The position numbers were made by a program, and so were the translations under genes. From positions 4,576,001-4,640,000 of the forward strand of contig OZ250169.1 in NCBI GenBank assembly GCA_965237955.1: a DNA stretch of 64,000 nt, read 5' to 3'. The notes under the pieces are model-generated. The model worked only from the letters and a program-made list of their open reading frames with translations. It had not been told where the DNA came from and did no database searches. This document shows positions 20,167-30,632 of the stretch, one piece after another (the first letter of the stretch is position 1; each line of letters begins with the position of its first letter). Source of the stretch: Candidatus Marinacidobacterales bacterium (GTDB lineage Bacteria; Acidobacteriota; Vicinamibacteria; Marinacidobacterales; SMYC01).

Positions 20167-22281
20167 TTACTGAGATACGAAACCTTTTCTCTTCAGCAAA
20201 GGCTCAATGCTGGGCTCAGCCCCCCTGAAGCGTTTATAGAGGGTCATCGGATCTTCCGTGCCGCCTCGTTCGAGAATGTTCTTCCTGAATGACAGTGCCG
20301 TTGTTTGGTCAAAGATGCCTCTTTCTTCGAATACTTCGAAGGCGTGGGCATCGAGAACCTCGGTCCATATGTAGCTGTAAAATTCCGAGGAGTGTCCGTG
20401 GTTGAAGATATGTTCGAAATGGGTACTTCTGTATCTGACTCCAATCTCCGGAATCAGACCGATCTTGTTGAGTGACTCGGTCTCAAACTTCTCTAAATCC
20501 AGTTCTTGGGGTTCGGTGAGTGTGTGCAGTTCGAGGTCCAGGAAAACAGCCGACAGGTATCCAACCGTCGCAGAGCCCTGGTTGAAGTGAGTTGCTTTCT
20601 CTAACTTATCAATCAGTTCCCGAGGAATAACTTCACCAGTTTCGTGGTGTTTTGCGTAGATCTCGAGGACTTCCGGTTCGAAGGCCCAATTCTCCATCAT
20701 CTGCGAAAGGAATTCCGCGAAATCTCCGGCTACCGCAGTTCCCGAGAAGCTGGAATACGTACAGTTGGAAAGCAACCCGTGAAGTGCATGTCCCAATTCG
20801 TGAAACAAACTCGATATTTCTCCCGAGCTGATGAGTGCTGGCTCGTCGCCGGTTGGTTGCGACATGTTAAAAACATTCAGTACGACTGGAAGAACATCCT
20901 TGCCGCCCCGTCTCGATTGTTTTCTGAAGCTCGTCATCCAGCCCCCGCCGTTTTTGCTGGCTCTTGGGAAATAGTCCATATAGAGGATACCGAGATGCGA
21001 GCCGTCGGCTTCGGTGACCTCAAACACCTTCGCATCTTCGTGATAGCGGGGAATGTCGGTTCTTTCGACAAACTGAATGCCGTAGAGTCGATTCGCGACC
21101 GTAAAAGCGCCCTCTACGACATTTTCCAACTTGAAGTAGGGCCTTAACTCCTCCTCATCGAGGTCGTACTTGGCCTTTTTTTGCTTTTCCGCGTAGTACC
21201 TCCAGTCCCAGGGTTGCAGTCTGAAAGCCTCGCCCTCTTTATCGATCATCTCCTGAAGCTCGGCGGCCTCTTTTTTGGCCAACTTCAAAGCCGGTTGCCA
21301 AAGCTGGTCGAGAAATCCGTAAACAGTCTCCGGGTTCTTGACCATATTGTTTTCGAGCACGAAATGGGAGTGGGTTTTGTAGCCGGAGAGATTTGCCCGT
21401 TCCGCGCGAAGAGATGCTATTCGAGACACGGTAGCTTTGTTGTCCAGATCATCGTTGTTATTGCAGCGGTTGATGTAAGCGTTCAGGAATTTTTCCCTGA
21501 GGGGACGTTTTTCCGAATAACGCAGGAATCGAAACACATCATTTCGAGTGAATACCCACTTCCCTTCGTGTCCCCGTTCTCTTGCAACTTCTGCGGCTCT
21601 GTCGACAACCACGGCGGGCAGGCTGGCGAGATCTTCTTCCTTTTCGATGACGAGTTCGAGCCGATTGTTTGCTTTCAAGACATTGTCACCAAACTCGAGT
21701 ATGAGGGGGGACAGCTCCTCGTTGATGTCTCTCAGCCGGGCTTTCTTTTCCGCGTCGAGTTTTGCGCCGCCCCTCACAAAATCTTTGTAGTATTTCTCAA
21801 GGAGCGCGTTTTGCTCCAGCGTCAAGTCCAATTCATCTTTCTGGCCATAAACCGTTTCGATTCTCTCGAATAGTTTTTCATTCAACGTGATGTCGCTCCG
21901 GTGCTTGGATGTCAGGGGAGCGACTTGTTTTGCTATTGCCTGCCTATTGTCATTCGCAATGGTCGAGTTGAGAACCGAAAGGACGCTGCCGACGGTTTCC
22001 AGCAAAACCCCACTATGCTCCAGGGCTTCGATTGTGTTTTCGAAAGTCGGGGCCTCGAGGGTGTTGACAATCGCTTCGATCTCCTTTTCCTGCTCTTTCA
22101 TGGCTCGTTGAAAAGCCGGCAGATAATGTTCGTCCTTTATTTTTTCGAACGGCGGTACGTTAAAAGGAGTATCAAACTCTGAATAAAACGGATTCGACTC
22201 GGTTTCTTTTTGGCCGGTGTGATTCGTGCAGGATAGAACCATCAAAGTCAGAGAAACGGAAAAAGTAAGTGCTTTCTTCAT
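20167..22281 (-). CDS. dcp: M3-family peptidyl-dipeptidase Dcp-like metallopeptidase, lipoprotein
   Basis: LSC lipobox, LQPWDWRYY, DYFPRASKNGGGWM, FHELGHALH, YSYIWTEVLDA. Confidence 0.88.
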   Translation of the reverse strand: MKKALTFSVSLTLMVLSCTNHTGQKETESNPFYSEFDTPFNVPPFEKIKDEHYLPAFQRAMKEQEKEIEAIVNTLEAPTFENTIEALEHSGVLLETVGSVLSVLNSTIANDNRQAIAKQVAPLTSKHRSDITLNEKLFERIETVYGQKDELDLTLEQNALLEKYYKDFVRGGAKLDAEKKARLRDINEELSPLILEFGDNVLKANNRLELVIEKEEDLASLPAVVVDRAAEVARERGHEGKWVFTRNDVFRFLRYSEKRPLREKFLNAYINRCNNNDDLDNKATVSRIASLRAERANLSGYKTHSHFVLENNMVKNPETVYGFLDQLWQPALKLAKKEAAELQEMIDKEGEAFRLQPWDWRYYAEKQKKAKYDLDEEELRPYFKLENVVEGAFTVANRLYGIQFVERTDIPRYHEDAKVFEVTEADGSHLGILYMDYFPRASKNGGGWMTSFRKQSRRGGKDVLPVVLNVFNMSQPTGDEPALISSGEISSLFHELGHALHGLLSNCTYSSFSGTAVAGDFAEFLSQMMENWAFEPEVLEIYAKHHETGEVIPRELIDKLEKATHFNQGSATVGYLSAVFLDLELHTLTEPQELDLEKFETESLNKIGLIPEIGVRYRSTHFEHIFNHGHSSEFYSYIWTEVLDAHAFEVFEERGIFDQTTALSFRKNILERGGTEDPMTLYKRFRGAEPSIEPLLKRKGFVSQ

Positions 22282-22285
22282 GGGT

Positions 22286-23622
22286 CTACTCCGTTAGAAG
22301 GCCCGCCCAACCGAGGAGAGCGGTGATGGCCGCTAGCACGGGAATGAGCACGGCGGTTCGCATGAGGAACAGGGCGAGGAGCTCGCGGGCACGGACGGGG
22401 ACAGCGCGGAACATGTCGATCATCATGGGTGCCACCGCGGAGAAGAAGATGAGCTGAGAGATGGAGAGCACGGCAATGAAGAAACGAGCCGGTAGGGCGG
22501 CCTCTCGAGTCAGGAGGGCGGGGATGTACATTTCCGCGACTCCGACGAGGGCGGCGGGCGCGAGGGTCTCGGAATCGGGAAGGCCCAGTGCATCCAGCAC
22601 GGGCACGAGGGGTTGCCCCAGGATTGTGAAGATCGGCGTCTCCCGAGCGAGTAAGAGTGCCGCCGTGCCGACGGCAAGGATGCTTCCCAGGATGGTCGCA
22701 GCGAGCACGAGCCCGTCCGTGAACCCCTCGCGCAACATGCCGCGAAGGCCAGGCGCCTGGTTCGCCTGACGGATGGCGCCCTCCCAGGCGGTCCTCAGTA
22801 GCCCGCCTCCGTCCGCTCGCGCGGTTGGCTCGCGTCGCGGGGGGCCCAGGTATTCCTCGGACTTTCCGGTGATGGGCCAAGTCCGTGCAAGAATTGCGGT
22901 CATCAGGTAGACGGCAAGGAAATAGGTGAGGAAGAGGTGGAGGATCGCCAAGGTCTGGGCTACCACGGCGACGAAACCGATGCTCACCGTGGAGAAACAA
23001 GTCACGATGGTATAGGCGCCTCGCGGCGACTGTAGTAACCCTCCTCCATGAGCTTCCGGGTCAAATAGAGGCCTACGGAGTAGCTACCGACCCAGGAGGT
23101 GAGGCTATCCAGAGCCGACCGGCCGGGTAGGCGGAAGAGCGGTCGCATCACGGGGCGCATGAGGGTGCCGATGAACTCGAGAAGGCCGTAGCGGACGAGC
23201 AGCACGAGGAGGGTCGCCCCGAGAGGAACGATGACCGCGACGGAAAGGGCCAGGGTGTTCCACATGAGGTCGGCCACACCATCCTGAAGGAGCACCTCGG
23301 GACCGATGCGGAAGAAGTAGAGGATGGCCAGCGCAAGGCCGGCGAGGCTAAGTAGGATCAAGGGCGTCGAGGTCCGGAAGCCCTCGAGGAGCTTCGGTAT
23401 CGTGGGGCGCCAGCGGACCGCTACCGTTGCGGCACCGACAACGGTGAGGGCCAGGCAGTAGACGGCCACCGCGGTAGGCATTTCACGGACGAGCCACCGC
23501 ACCACCAAATCGAACGGAACCGTGACGCGCCCTTGAACCGGCACGGGGAGCGCAAAAAAGGCGAGGCCCAGCGCCGAGGGGAGGAGAAAACGGAGGGCGT
23601 TCACGAATCGTCGGGGTCCCAC
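22286..23622 (-). pseudogene. YjiH-family membrane transporter (nucleoside-recognition/gate domain), frameshifted near 23012
   Basis: YGLLEFIGTLMRPVMRPLFRLPGRSALD, TCFSTVSIGF, EMYIPAL, SISQLIFFS split over two frames. Confidence 0.82.
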
Positions 23623-24027
23623 AGAGCTACTCCAGCTCGATGTATTTGAATTGGCTAAAAGTGGCCTTTTTTACTTTTCTGGTAGAGCGGTCGTGTGCTC
23701 GAGCCGCAAAGAGTCGGATCGTGTGATTGCTGGATCTGATACCGTTCTGAAACGTCGTCCAATGTTCTCCATCATCACTAAAATAGAAGGAGAGGTCCCC
23801 GCGGTCGTTTCTTATTTTCAAGTAAACACTACCTTTGGTCTTTACCGGCACATCGTTGCTGCGACCGCCCCAGGATGCGGAGCGCATGGCATGATAGACG
23901 GAGGACACGTCCCCTTTGGTGTAGCTTACTATTTCTCCGTCCGTCTTGAGTCCTTCATGGTTGCCAAATGTAAAACCTGCCAAGACTCCTTCCGGGCATT
24001 CGATCTTTACCGTCGCTTCGAAACTCT

Positions 24028-25472
24028 GGAGGTGCCCCCACCATAGTTGAAGGTTCGAGGTGGTGGCGGCTCCTGACACATGGTTTACCCGACTTTGGCG
24101 TGCTTGTCGAGCGCTTGATTCTCAGTGACCTCCGCTAACTTCGCTTCGAGGATCGGTAGCGATTGGTATCCAATGATACGACGGAAATTTTTCTCCGTGG
24201 CGAGCAGAGCCGAAGCGGCCCATCTCAGAACCATCTTGCCATTGCGCCAGCGGGTGACGCGACGGGTACGACCTCGCGCACCGCTGAAGCACGACTCGAT
24301 GATGTTCGTCGATCCAAGGCAGCGTTTCAGAGATGCGGGGAGGTCGAGCTCGTTGATGGTGAACATCTCGTCGAGCCCCTCCCGGATGCTCTCCGCCGCC
24401 GAGGGGTAGTCGTCCTCGAGCCACTTCGCCTGTTGCTCCAACCGCGCTTTGCCCTTCTTTGCTGGGAGCTGCCAGGCCGAACGCAGGCTCGCTTGCACTT
24501 GCGGCTTCAGCTCCTGCGGCAGATAACCGAGCACATTGCGCTCCTTGTGCTTCCTGCAACGCTGGACCTTGTTGTGGGTACCGAACACAGCGTCGACGGC
24601 GACCCGTAGCGCCTTGGAGCCATCGATCACGAACAGCCGACACCGCTCTGGGCTCAGGCCTCGTTCGACCAGGTCCTCCAGCAGCGCCTTGCACACTATC
24701 TGGTTCTCCGATGCTCCATCCCGAAGCCCCAGAACATGCTTGTATCCCTCTGTATCTACGCCGATTGCCGCCAGAGCGTGGTGCTCGCCGAAGCGAATCC
24801 CGTCCAGGTACACGACCGCGATCTCCAGCTCGTCCAGCGGACGCTCCATCAGCCCCTGCAACTGCTCCGCGCTTGCTTCCACGAACTCACGGCTCACCTC
24901 GCTCTTGCTAACCCCTACCGTCTCCGCCATCTCGGGAAGAACCGACGCGTACTTGCGCGTCGACACACCCAGCATCAGGATTTCCCAGATGCGTTGGCTC
25001 AGCCGAGACGAGTTGTTCACCGCTTCGTAGGCAGGAATCGCAACCTCCCCTCCCTCTGCCTTTCCCTTACGCCGCAGACGTGGCCGGCTCACTCTCAACT
25101 TCCGCTCCGCAAGGCTTACTACGCCACCCTGCCGGCCGTGCCAGCGAACATCGCTACCCTTCTTCCCCAGGTGTTTCTCCCCAGCCACACTTTGGGCTGA
25201 CAGATCCAAGACCGCTTCGATCGTCGCTCGGCCAGCAACGTCGATCACTTCGTCGATCGCTATCTCGGTTCGCTCAATCGCATCCAAGAACGGCAACAGA
25301 GCTTGCCCCTTCGAGCTCAGTATCTCTCGAAGATTCTTCCTGTTCTTCGCATCGATGATTTGGTAATTTGACATCGTGGTGGCTCCTTTCTTTTTCCTTC
25401 ACAGCCGGATTCTATCGAACCCGGCCTTAGGAGCCGCCACTCCTAACCTTCAACTATCTCAGGGGCATCTCC
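24028..25472 (-). mobile_element. IS256-family element, 1445 bp, with 8-bp target duplication GAAACTCT
   Basis: IRs GGAGGTGCCCCCACCATAGTTGAAGGTT and AACCTTCAACTATCTCAGGGGCATCTCC; GAAACTCT at 24020-24027 and 25473-25480. Confidence 0.95.
24085..25374 (-). CDS. IS256-family transposase
   Basis: GVSTRKY, VYLDG, VIDGSKAL, QRCRKHK, STNIIES. Confidence 0.95.
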   Translation of the reverse strand: MSNYQIIDAKNRKNLREILSSKGQALLPFLDAIERTEIAIDEVIDVAGRATIEAVLDLSAQSVAGEKHLGKKGSDVRWHGRQGGVVSLAERKLRVSRPRLRRKGKAEGGEVAIPAYEAVNNSSRLSQRIWEILMLGVSTRKYASVLPEMAETVGVSKSEVSREFVEASAEQLQGLMERPLDELEIAVVYLDGIRFGEHHALAAIGVDTEGYKHVLGLRDGASENQIVCKALLEDLVERGLSPERCRLFVIDGSKALRVAVDAVFGTHNKVQRCRKHKERNVLGYLPQELKPQVQASLRSAWQLPAKKGKARLEQQAKWLEDDYPSAAESIREGLDEMFTINELDLPASLKRCLGSTNIIESCFSGARGRTRRVTRWRNGKMVLRWAASALLATEKNFRRIIGYQSLPILEAKLAEVTENQALDKHAKVG

Positions 25473-25548
25473 GAAACTCTTGTTGGTAGCCACGACTGAT
25501 ATAGAGCTCGCATTCTTGCTGTTCTCTCCTCTGGCTTCCAGCAAAAGT

Positions 25549-27315
25549 TTACCGTTGCTGAACTCGTTCTTTTTCACTTGGGTTGTATACCCATTGAATG
25601 CCCAGTTCATCTGACGAGAAGTCATCCGATATAGGCATACCGTGACCTACATTGTCACCTTTCGGCATCGGGATGGTGCCCGACGACTCCAGGCCGATGT
25701 ATTTGAACTGGCTAAAGGAGGCCTTTTTTACTTTTCTGGTAGAGCGGTCGTGTGCTCGAGCCGCAAAGAGTCGGATCGTGTGATTGCTGGATCTGATACC
25801 GTTCTGAAACGTCGTCCAATGTTCTCCATCATCACTAGAATAGAAGGAGAGGTCCCCGCGGTCGTTTCTTATTTTCAAGTAAACACTACCTTTGGTCTTT
25901 ACCGGCACATCGTTGCTGCGACCGCCCCAGGCTACGGAGCGCATGGCATAAGAGGCGGAGGACATGTCCCCTTTGGTGTAGCTTACTTTTTCTCCGTCCG
26001 TCTTGAGTCCCTCATGGTTGCCAAATGTCAAGCCTGCCAAGACTCCTTCCGGGCATTCGATCTTTACCGTCGCTTCGAAACTCTTGTTGGTAGCCACGAC
26101 TGATATAGAGCTCGCATTCTTGCTGTTCTCTCCTCTGGCTTCCAGCAAAAGTTTACCGTTGCGGACTTGAACTCGTTCTTTTTCACTTGGATTGTATACC
26201 CATTGAATGCCCAGTTCGTCTGACGAGAAGTCATCCGATAAAGGCATACCGTGCCCGACGTTTTCTCCTTTGGGCATCGGGATGGTATCCCAGGATTTCA
26301 ACCCGTCTTTGATCACCGGCCATCCATCCGAAGTCCACGCAACAGGCATCAACAACGTTTGTCTGCCCAAGCCGCCGCCCTCGCCACTCGTGGCATGATA
26401 AACGGTCCACCATGATCCGTCTGCTGCCTCGAGGACGGTTGCATGGCCCTGGCGCCACCACTTTTCTGAATGGGAATAGGTATGAACCAAGGGATTATGG
26501 GGTGAATCAGTCCATGGCCCTGTCGGCGACACCGAACGAGCGACGACCGCCATGTGAGCCGTTGACGGTCCACCCGTTCCGCCCATTGCAGTTACCAAAT
26601 AGTAAAAGCCGCTCTTGAAAAATAGTTTGGGACTCTCTAAACCTTTGGCTTCCACAATCCAATCTTTGGGATATTTCCAGCCGTCGTATACAAGTTCTGG
26701 AGGAGCCGTGACTCTCAACCCATCGTCGGAAAGCGCCATCACGAAGCCAACGTCAGTATGAAGATACTTCTTACCTTCTGGCGTTTGAATCAATCCGGGG
26801 TCATTGCCAACGTAAAGATCATCCTCGATAGGGTCTCTATCGACTCGGATGGGCTCGCTCCAGGGTCCTTCCGGCTTTTCGGAGTTGATTACGAAATTTG
26901 CCCTATTAGGTGGTGCAAGCTCCGCTGCTTTGCCCGGCCAGGAACCAGCCGGCATATAAATATGGAACTTTCCGTTGAAGTACTGTAAGTCAATAGCCAA
27001 AATGCCATCCAGGTCGTCAAAACTATGCCTGACGATGGGTCTCCAGTTGACCAGATCACGCGAATGCCACAACATGACTCCAATCCGGCGGGTAAAGGCC
27101 ATGTAATAGTCTTCCCCGACTCTGACGATGGTCGGGTCGGCGTAATCACCCGCCATGATAGGATTTTGGTAATATCCGTTGCCGAGATCTGCACTGGGCT
27201 GGTTCTCCGCCTTGACCCGTTGAGCTCGCTTCTGTGCTTCTTCCGTACGTGGTTGAGAATTCAAACTCCCAGCCAAGACAAGTATGGATAAGGTTGAAAC
27301 AACGACATTCTTCAT
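25549..27315 (-). CDS. Glycoside hydrolase family 43 (beta-xylosidase/arabinofuranosidase), secreted
   Basis: Signal peptide, YQNPIMAGDYADPTIVRVG, HSRDLVNW, ESPKL, GHATVL, plus a C-terminal sandwich domain. Confidence 0.9.
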   Translation of the reverse strand: MKNVVVSTLSILVLAGSLNSQPRTEEAQKRAQRVKAENQPSADLGNGYYQNPIMAGDYADPTIVRVGEDYYMAFTRRIGVMLWHSRDLVNWRPIVRHSFDDLDGILAIDLQYFNGKFHIYMPAGSWPGKAAELAPPNRANFVINSEKPEGPWSEPIRVDRDPIEDDLYVGNDPGLIQTPEGKKYLHTDVGFVMALSDDGLRVTAPPELVYDGWKYPKDWIVEAKGLESPKLFFKSGFYYLVTAMGGTGGPSTAHMAVVARSVSPTGPWTDSPHNPLVHTYSHSEKWWRQGHATVLEAADGSWWTVYHATSGEGGGLGRQTLLMPVAWTSDGWPVIKDGLKSWDTIPMPKGENVGHGMPLSDDFSSDELGIQWVYNPSEKERVQVRNGKLLLEARGENSKNASSISVVATNKSFEATVKIECPEGVLAGLTFGNHEGLKTDGEKVSYTKGDMSSASYAMRSVAWGGRSNDVPVKTKGSVYLKIRNDRGDLSFYSSDDGEHWTTFQNGIRSSNHTIRLFAARAHDRSTRKVKKASFSQFKYIGLESSGTIPMPKGDNVGHGMPISDDFSSDELGIQWVYNPSEKERVQQR

Positions 27316-27457
27316 CTTCGTGCTCCATCGCAGGCTGAAGACGCCTGACATTCGTGGCCGTCGGCTCCCGATCGTTCTTAGTTTCGCAAGGGGCTCGGCT
27401 CCATAGCTCGGGCAACCGGCGTTCGAATTTTTTCTGATGCGCCGGTCGAGGTCGCGG

Positions 27458-30400
27458 TCACGGCCGCTTCAGCAAATCCTCCAGCTCGTAAACCTCTCCG
27501 TTCTTGATCACCGTCCGGACTCGCCGGGCGTTCCGGATATCCTCGAGCGGGTTGCCGTCCACGATGACGATGTCGGCCAGTTTTCCGGCTTCGATGCTTC
27601 CCAGGTCTTCGCCAGCACCCAGTGCCTCGGCGGCATGGAGGCTCACCGTCTGGAGGGCCTGATAGGGACTGAGCCCCGCGTCAACCAAACGTTGGAGCTC
27701 CGTATGGAGGCCAACGGCATAGGGAATAAAGTCGGTTCCACCGAGGATGCGGCCCCCGGCCTCGTGGATGTCGTTCACGATGCTCACCAGCCGCTCGAGA
27801 AAGGCCTCCTCGGAAGCCCTGTCGTTCCGGACCCGCTCCATCGCGGCTTTGGTCGACTCGATGACCGGGGAAGGAAAGAGATCCATGCGTTGGTCCTCGA
27901 TGAGCGCCGGCTCGCGCACCGCCGCCAGGGGGAAGGACCAGATCGCCACGGTGGGGGTGATGGTCATTCCCGAGCGGGCGAGAAGCTCGGTCATGTCCTG
28001 GTAGGTCCGGTAGGTAAGAGTCGTCTTGGGCGAGTAGCCGCGCCGGCTCGTGCCGCGGTAGTGCTCGGTCCCGTCGGTGCCATAAGCAACGGCGGGATAG
28101 AGCTCGTGCGAGGTGACCGGAATTCCCATCTGGTGGGCGCGCTCTACGACTCGCTTCTGGACGGGATCGGAAAGCCGCACGTAGGTCTTGATGAAATCGT
28201 ACTCGAGCTTTCGGGCCACTTCCAGCTCCGCTTCCACCTGCGCTCCGGCGTCCACAGACAACATGCCCGCAGAGTGCGTCCGCGACCCATCGAAGGCTGG
28301 GCCAGTGAAAAACTCGCGGGGGCCGATGCGCTTGCCGGAGGAGATGGACTCGAGGCGCTCTCGTGCCTCGTAGGCGTTGGACACAGGCTCCCTCACCGTG
28401 GTGACGCCGTAGGACAGCCAGATGCGGCCGAGGACCTCCCCGAAACCGGCCCTCTGGTGGGTGTGCATATCGATGAGCCCGGGAATCGCCGTTCCCTGAG
28501 CGACGTCCACGACCCTCCCGGAGTGAAGCTCCGACCGGTGGGGCGCGACCTCTCGCACACGGTGACCATCAATAATAATGTCCACGTTGCGGCGCGGAGA
28601 ATCGGAGCGGCCGTCGAGAAGCCGGCCGGCATGAACCACGAGACGATCAGTGGGAAGCTTCCGCTCCCAGGTAAGCTCGAGCGGGATGGTGTCCACTCGA
28701 CCGTCGTCGAGGGAGACGCGCTGCAGGCGGTCCGCGGCCATGAAGAGAATCGCTCGTGAGTTTCCCGTCCAAGAGATCGCAGCGGGCCGCTCGTTCGCGA
28801 ATCGCCGCGGCGGTCCGATGGGCTCACCGGCTTTGCTCACCGGGACGACCCACAGGGCTCCATCACTCGCGAAGGCCATCTTGCTTCCATCGGGAGACCA
28901 CACCGGGCCGTCGGTCCCTCTCGATCCGATCGAGCGGTGGGGAAAAGGCGTCACTCTGCGATCGGGAGAACCATCACGGGCGATGAGGAGGATATCGTTG
29001 CGGCCTTCGCGATAGCGCGAGGAGTACCGGTTGAGGGCGGAGACCGCGACGATGGTCCCGTCGGGAGACCAGGTTGCCCGCCCCGCCGGCCCGAAGAGCC
29101 GAGCGTGGAGCTCTTCCACCTCTCCGGAGGTGACGTCGACGACGTTGAGTGCGTCTCGGCCCCCGGAGAAGGCGACGAGGGAGCCGTCGGGGGACCAGAC
29201 CGGAAAGGTCTCGGCGCCGGGGCGGTCGGTAAGCTGTCGGTCCTCGCCGGTGCGGAGGTTCCTGATCCAAAGGTCCATCGTCCCGGCGCGATCGCAAGCG
29301 TAAACCAGCCGCTCCCCGTCCGACGACCAGGAGGGATGGAGCTCGAGGAAAACATCCTCGGTGAGTCGCTCCGGCTTCCCGCCGATGGTAAGGAGCCAGA
29401 GATCACCGAGAGCGACGAATGCGATGTGATTGCCGTCGGGAGAGACAGCCGGCGTGACGATGCCCAGCACCGGTTTGGGATCGGTGGAATCGAAGTCCCT
29501 TCGCCGTCTTTGATAGATGTGTCTTTCCAATGTCACCGTGGCTTGGAACGCCACGATCTCGGAATCGCTCAGATCCACCGAACGGCGTTTGATCTTGCCA
29601 TCGGCGGTGTAGAGAAACTCGGTTGGCGAAAGCCATGAGGCCCGTAGAGGGAAGACATCCTCGTCGGGGAGAGTGACGCGTCGGGGTTTGCTCGCAGATG
29701 ACGACGATCCGCTCCCTCTCACGTCCACCAGAAGAAGGCGGCTTTCGAGTCCTTCGATCTCGTTGAAAAGGAGCATGGTCCCGTCGGGGCTCCATGACGG
29801 AGCCGAGGGGTCGCCGGTGAGCCGGGCAACCGTCCACTGCTTGCCATCGCGGAGGAGGACCCGCACCGAGCGGGCCGACTCCTGTTCGGAGGCGTAAGCG
29901 ATCCTCCGGCCGTCCGGCGACCATGCGGGCGAGAACTCGTTTCCGGCGCCGGTCGTGAGCCGGTGGAGTCGACCCGTCTCCAACTCCAGCTCCCAGAGGT
30001 CGTAGCTGCCTTCCCGGTCGGAGGAGAAAACGATCTTGGAGCCGTCGCTGGACCAGTGAGGCTCGCGGTCATCGAAAGGGCCGAAGGTAAGCTGGCTCAG
30101 ATCGGTTCCCTCGGCCGAGACGGTCCATAAATGCCAGTTCCCGTCGCGGTAGGATTGGAAGGCAATCCGCTTGCCGTCGGGGGAGAAGGCCGGCTGGCGA
30201 GCATCTCCCAAGGCGTCGGTCAATGCTTTTGCGGTACCTCCCGTGATCGGCAGCCGCCAGATCGTTCCCTGAAGATCGATGACGATGATGCCCCCGTCCG
30301 GGGAGACGGCGGCCGCGAGGTCGGTTCCCTCTTCCAGGGTGACCTCGACCTGCTCGACGGCCAAACTCGATTCTCCCTGGCCGGAACTTCTTGCGGGAGC

Positions 30401-30466
30401 GAAGAGGCAGACAATGGCGCCGAGACAAAAACAGTGGGTAAGCGAAAGCTGATTTGCGTTGTGCAC
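27458..30466 (-). CDS. Secreted amidohydrolase with N-terminal TolB/PD40 beta-propellers
   Basis: Repeated P-x-W/F-SPDG motifs; PGLIDMHTH, GTD, GSIEAGKLADIVIV. Confidence 0.88.
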   Translation of the reverse strand: MHNANQLSLTHCFCLGAIVCLFAPARSSGQGESSLAVEQVEVTLEEGTDLAAAVSPDGGIIVIDLQGTIWRLPITGGTAKALTDALGDARQPAFSPDGKRIAFQSYRDGNWHLWTVSAEGTDLSQLTFGPFDDREPHWSSDGSKIVFSSDREGSYDLWELELETGRLHRLTTGAGNEFSPAWSPDGRRIAYASEQESARSVRVLLRDGKQWTVARLTGDPSAPSWSPDGTMLLFNEIEGLESRLLLVDVRGSGSSSSASKPRRVTLPDEDVFPLRASWLSPTEFLYTADGKIKRRSVDLSDSEIVAFQATVTLERHIYQRRRRDFDSTDPKPVLGIVTPAVSPDGNHIAFVALGDLWLLTIGGKPERLTEDVFLELHPSWSSDGERLVYACDRAGTMDLWIRNLRTGEDRQLTDRPGAETFPVWSPDGSLVAFSGGRDALNVVDVTSGEVEELHARLFGPAGRATWSPDGTIVAVSALNRYSSRYREGRNDILLIARDGSPDRRVTPFPHRSIGSRGTDGPVWSPDGSKMAFASDGALWVVPVSKAGEPIGPPRRFANERPAAISWTGNSRAILFMAADRLQRVSLDDGRVDTIPLELTWERKLPTDRLVVHAGRLLDGRSDSPRRNVDIIIDGHRVREVAPHRSELHSGRVVDVAQGTAIPGLIDMHTHQRAGFGEVLGRIWLSYGVTTVREPVSNAYEARERLESISSGKRIGPREFFTGPAFDGSRTHSAGMLSVDAGAQVEAELEVARKLEYDFIKTYVRLSDPVQKRVVERAHQMGIPVTSHELYPAVAYGTDGTEHYRGTSRRGYSPKTTLTYRTYQDMTELLARSGMTITPTVAIWSFPLAAVREPALIEDQRMDLFPSPVIESTKAAMERVRNDRASEEAFLERLVSIVNDIHEAGGRILGGTDFIPYAVGLHTELQRLVDAGLSPYQALQTVSLHAAEALGAGEDLGSIEAGKLADIVIVDGNPLEDIRNARRVRTVIKNGEVYELEDLLKRP

Positions 30467-30632
30467 GGGATCCTTCCCCGGGATGACTGTCGTTACCTAA
30501 GAGATACGAGAGTTCGAAATCGGGAATGTTAGTCGGATTGCTCTCCGACAAGCAAGTCAGTACGAATGTCATGTTTGCACATGATGCCGGTTCCTAATCG
30601 AAGACGGACCGTCCAGTGCTCGCTGTCTCTGT

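Larger units (their letters stand above)
23627..25677 (-). pseudogene. Second, degenerate copy of the GH43 C-terminal beta-sandwich domain (5-bp deletion + IS256 insertion)
   Basis: Nearly identical to 25687-26286; ends KKATFSQFKYIELE* at 23627. Confidence 0.88.

Noticed and set aside
27437-28759. Long antisense ORFs (this one, also 49493-51244, 52841-54481, 56498-57535, 62014-63345)
   Set aside because: Shadows of well-supported genes on the opposite strand in high-GC DNA, with no motifs of their own.
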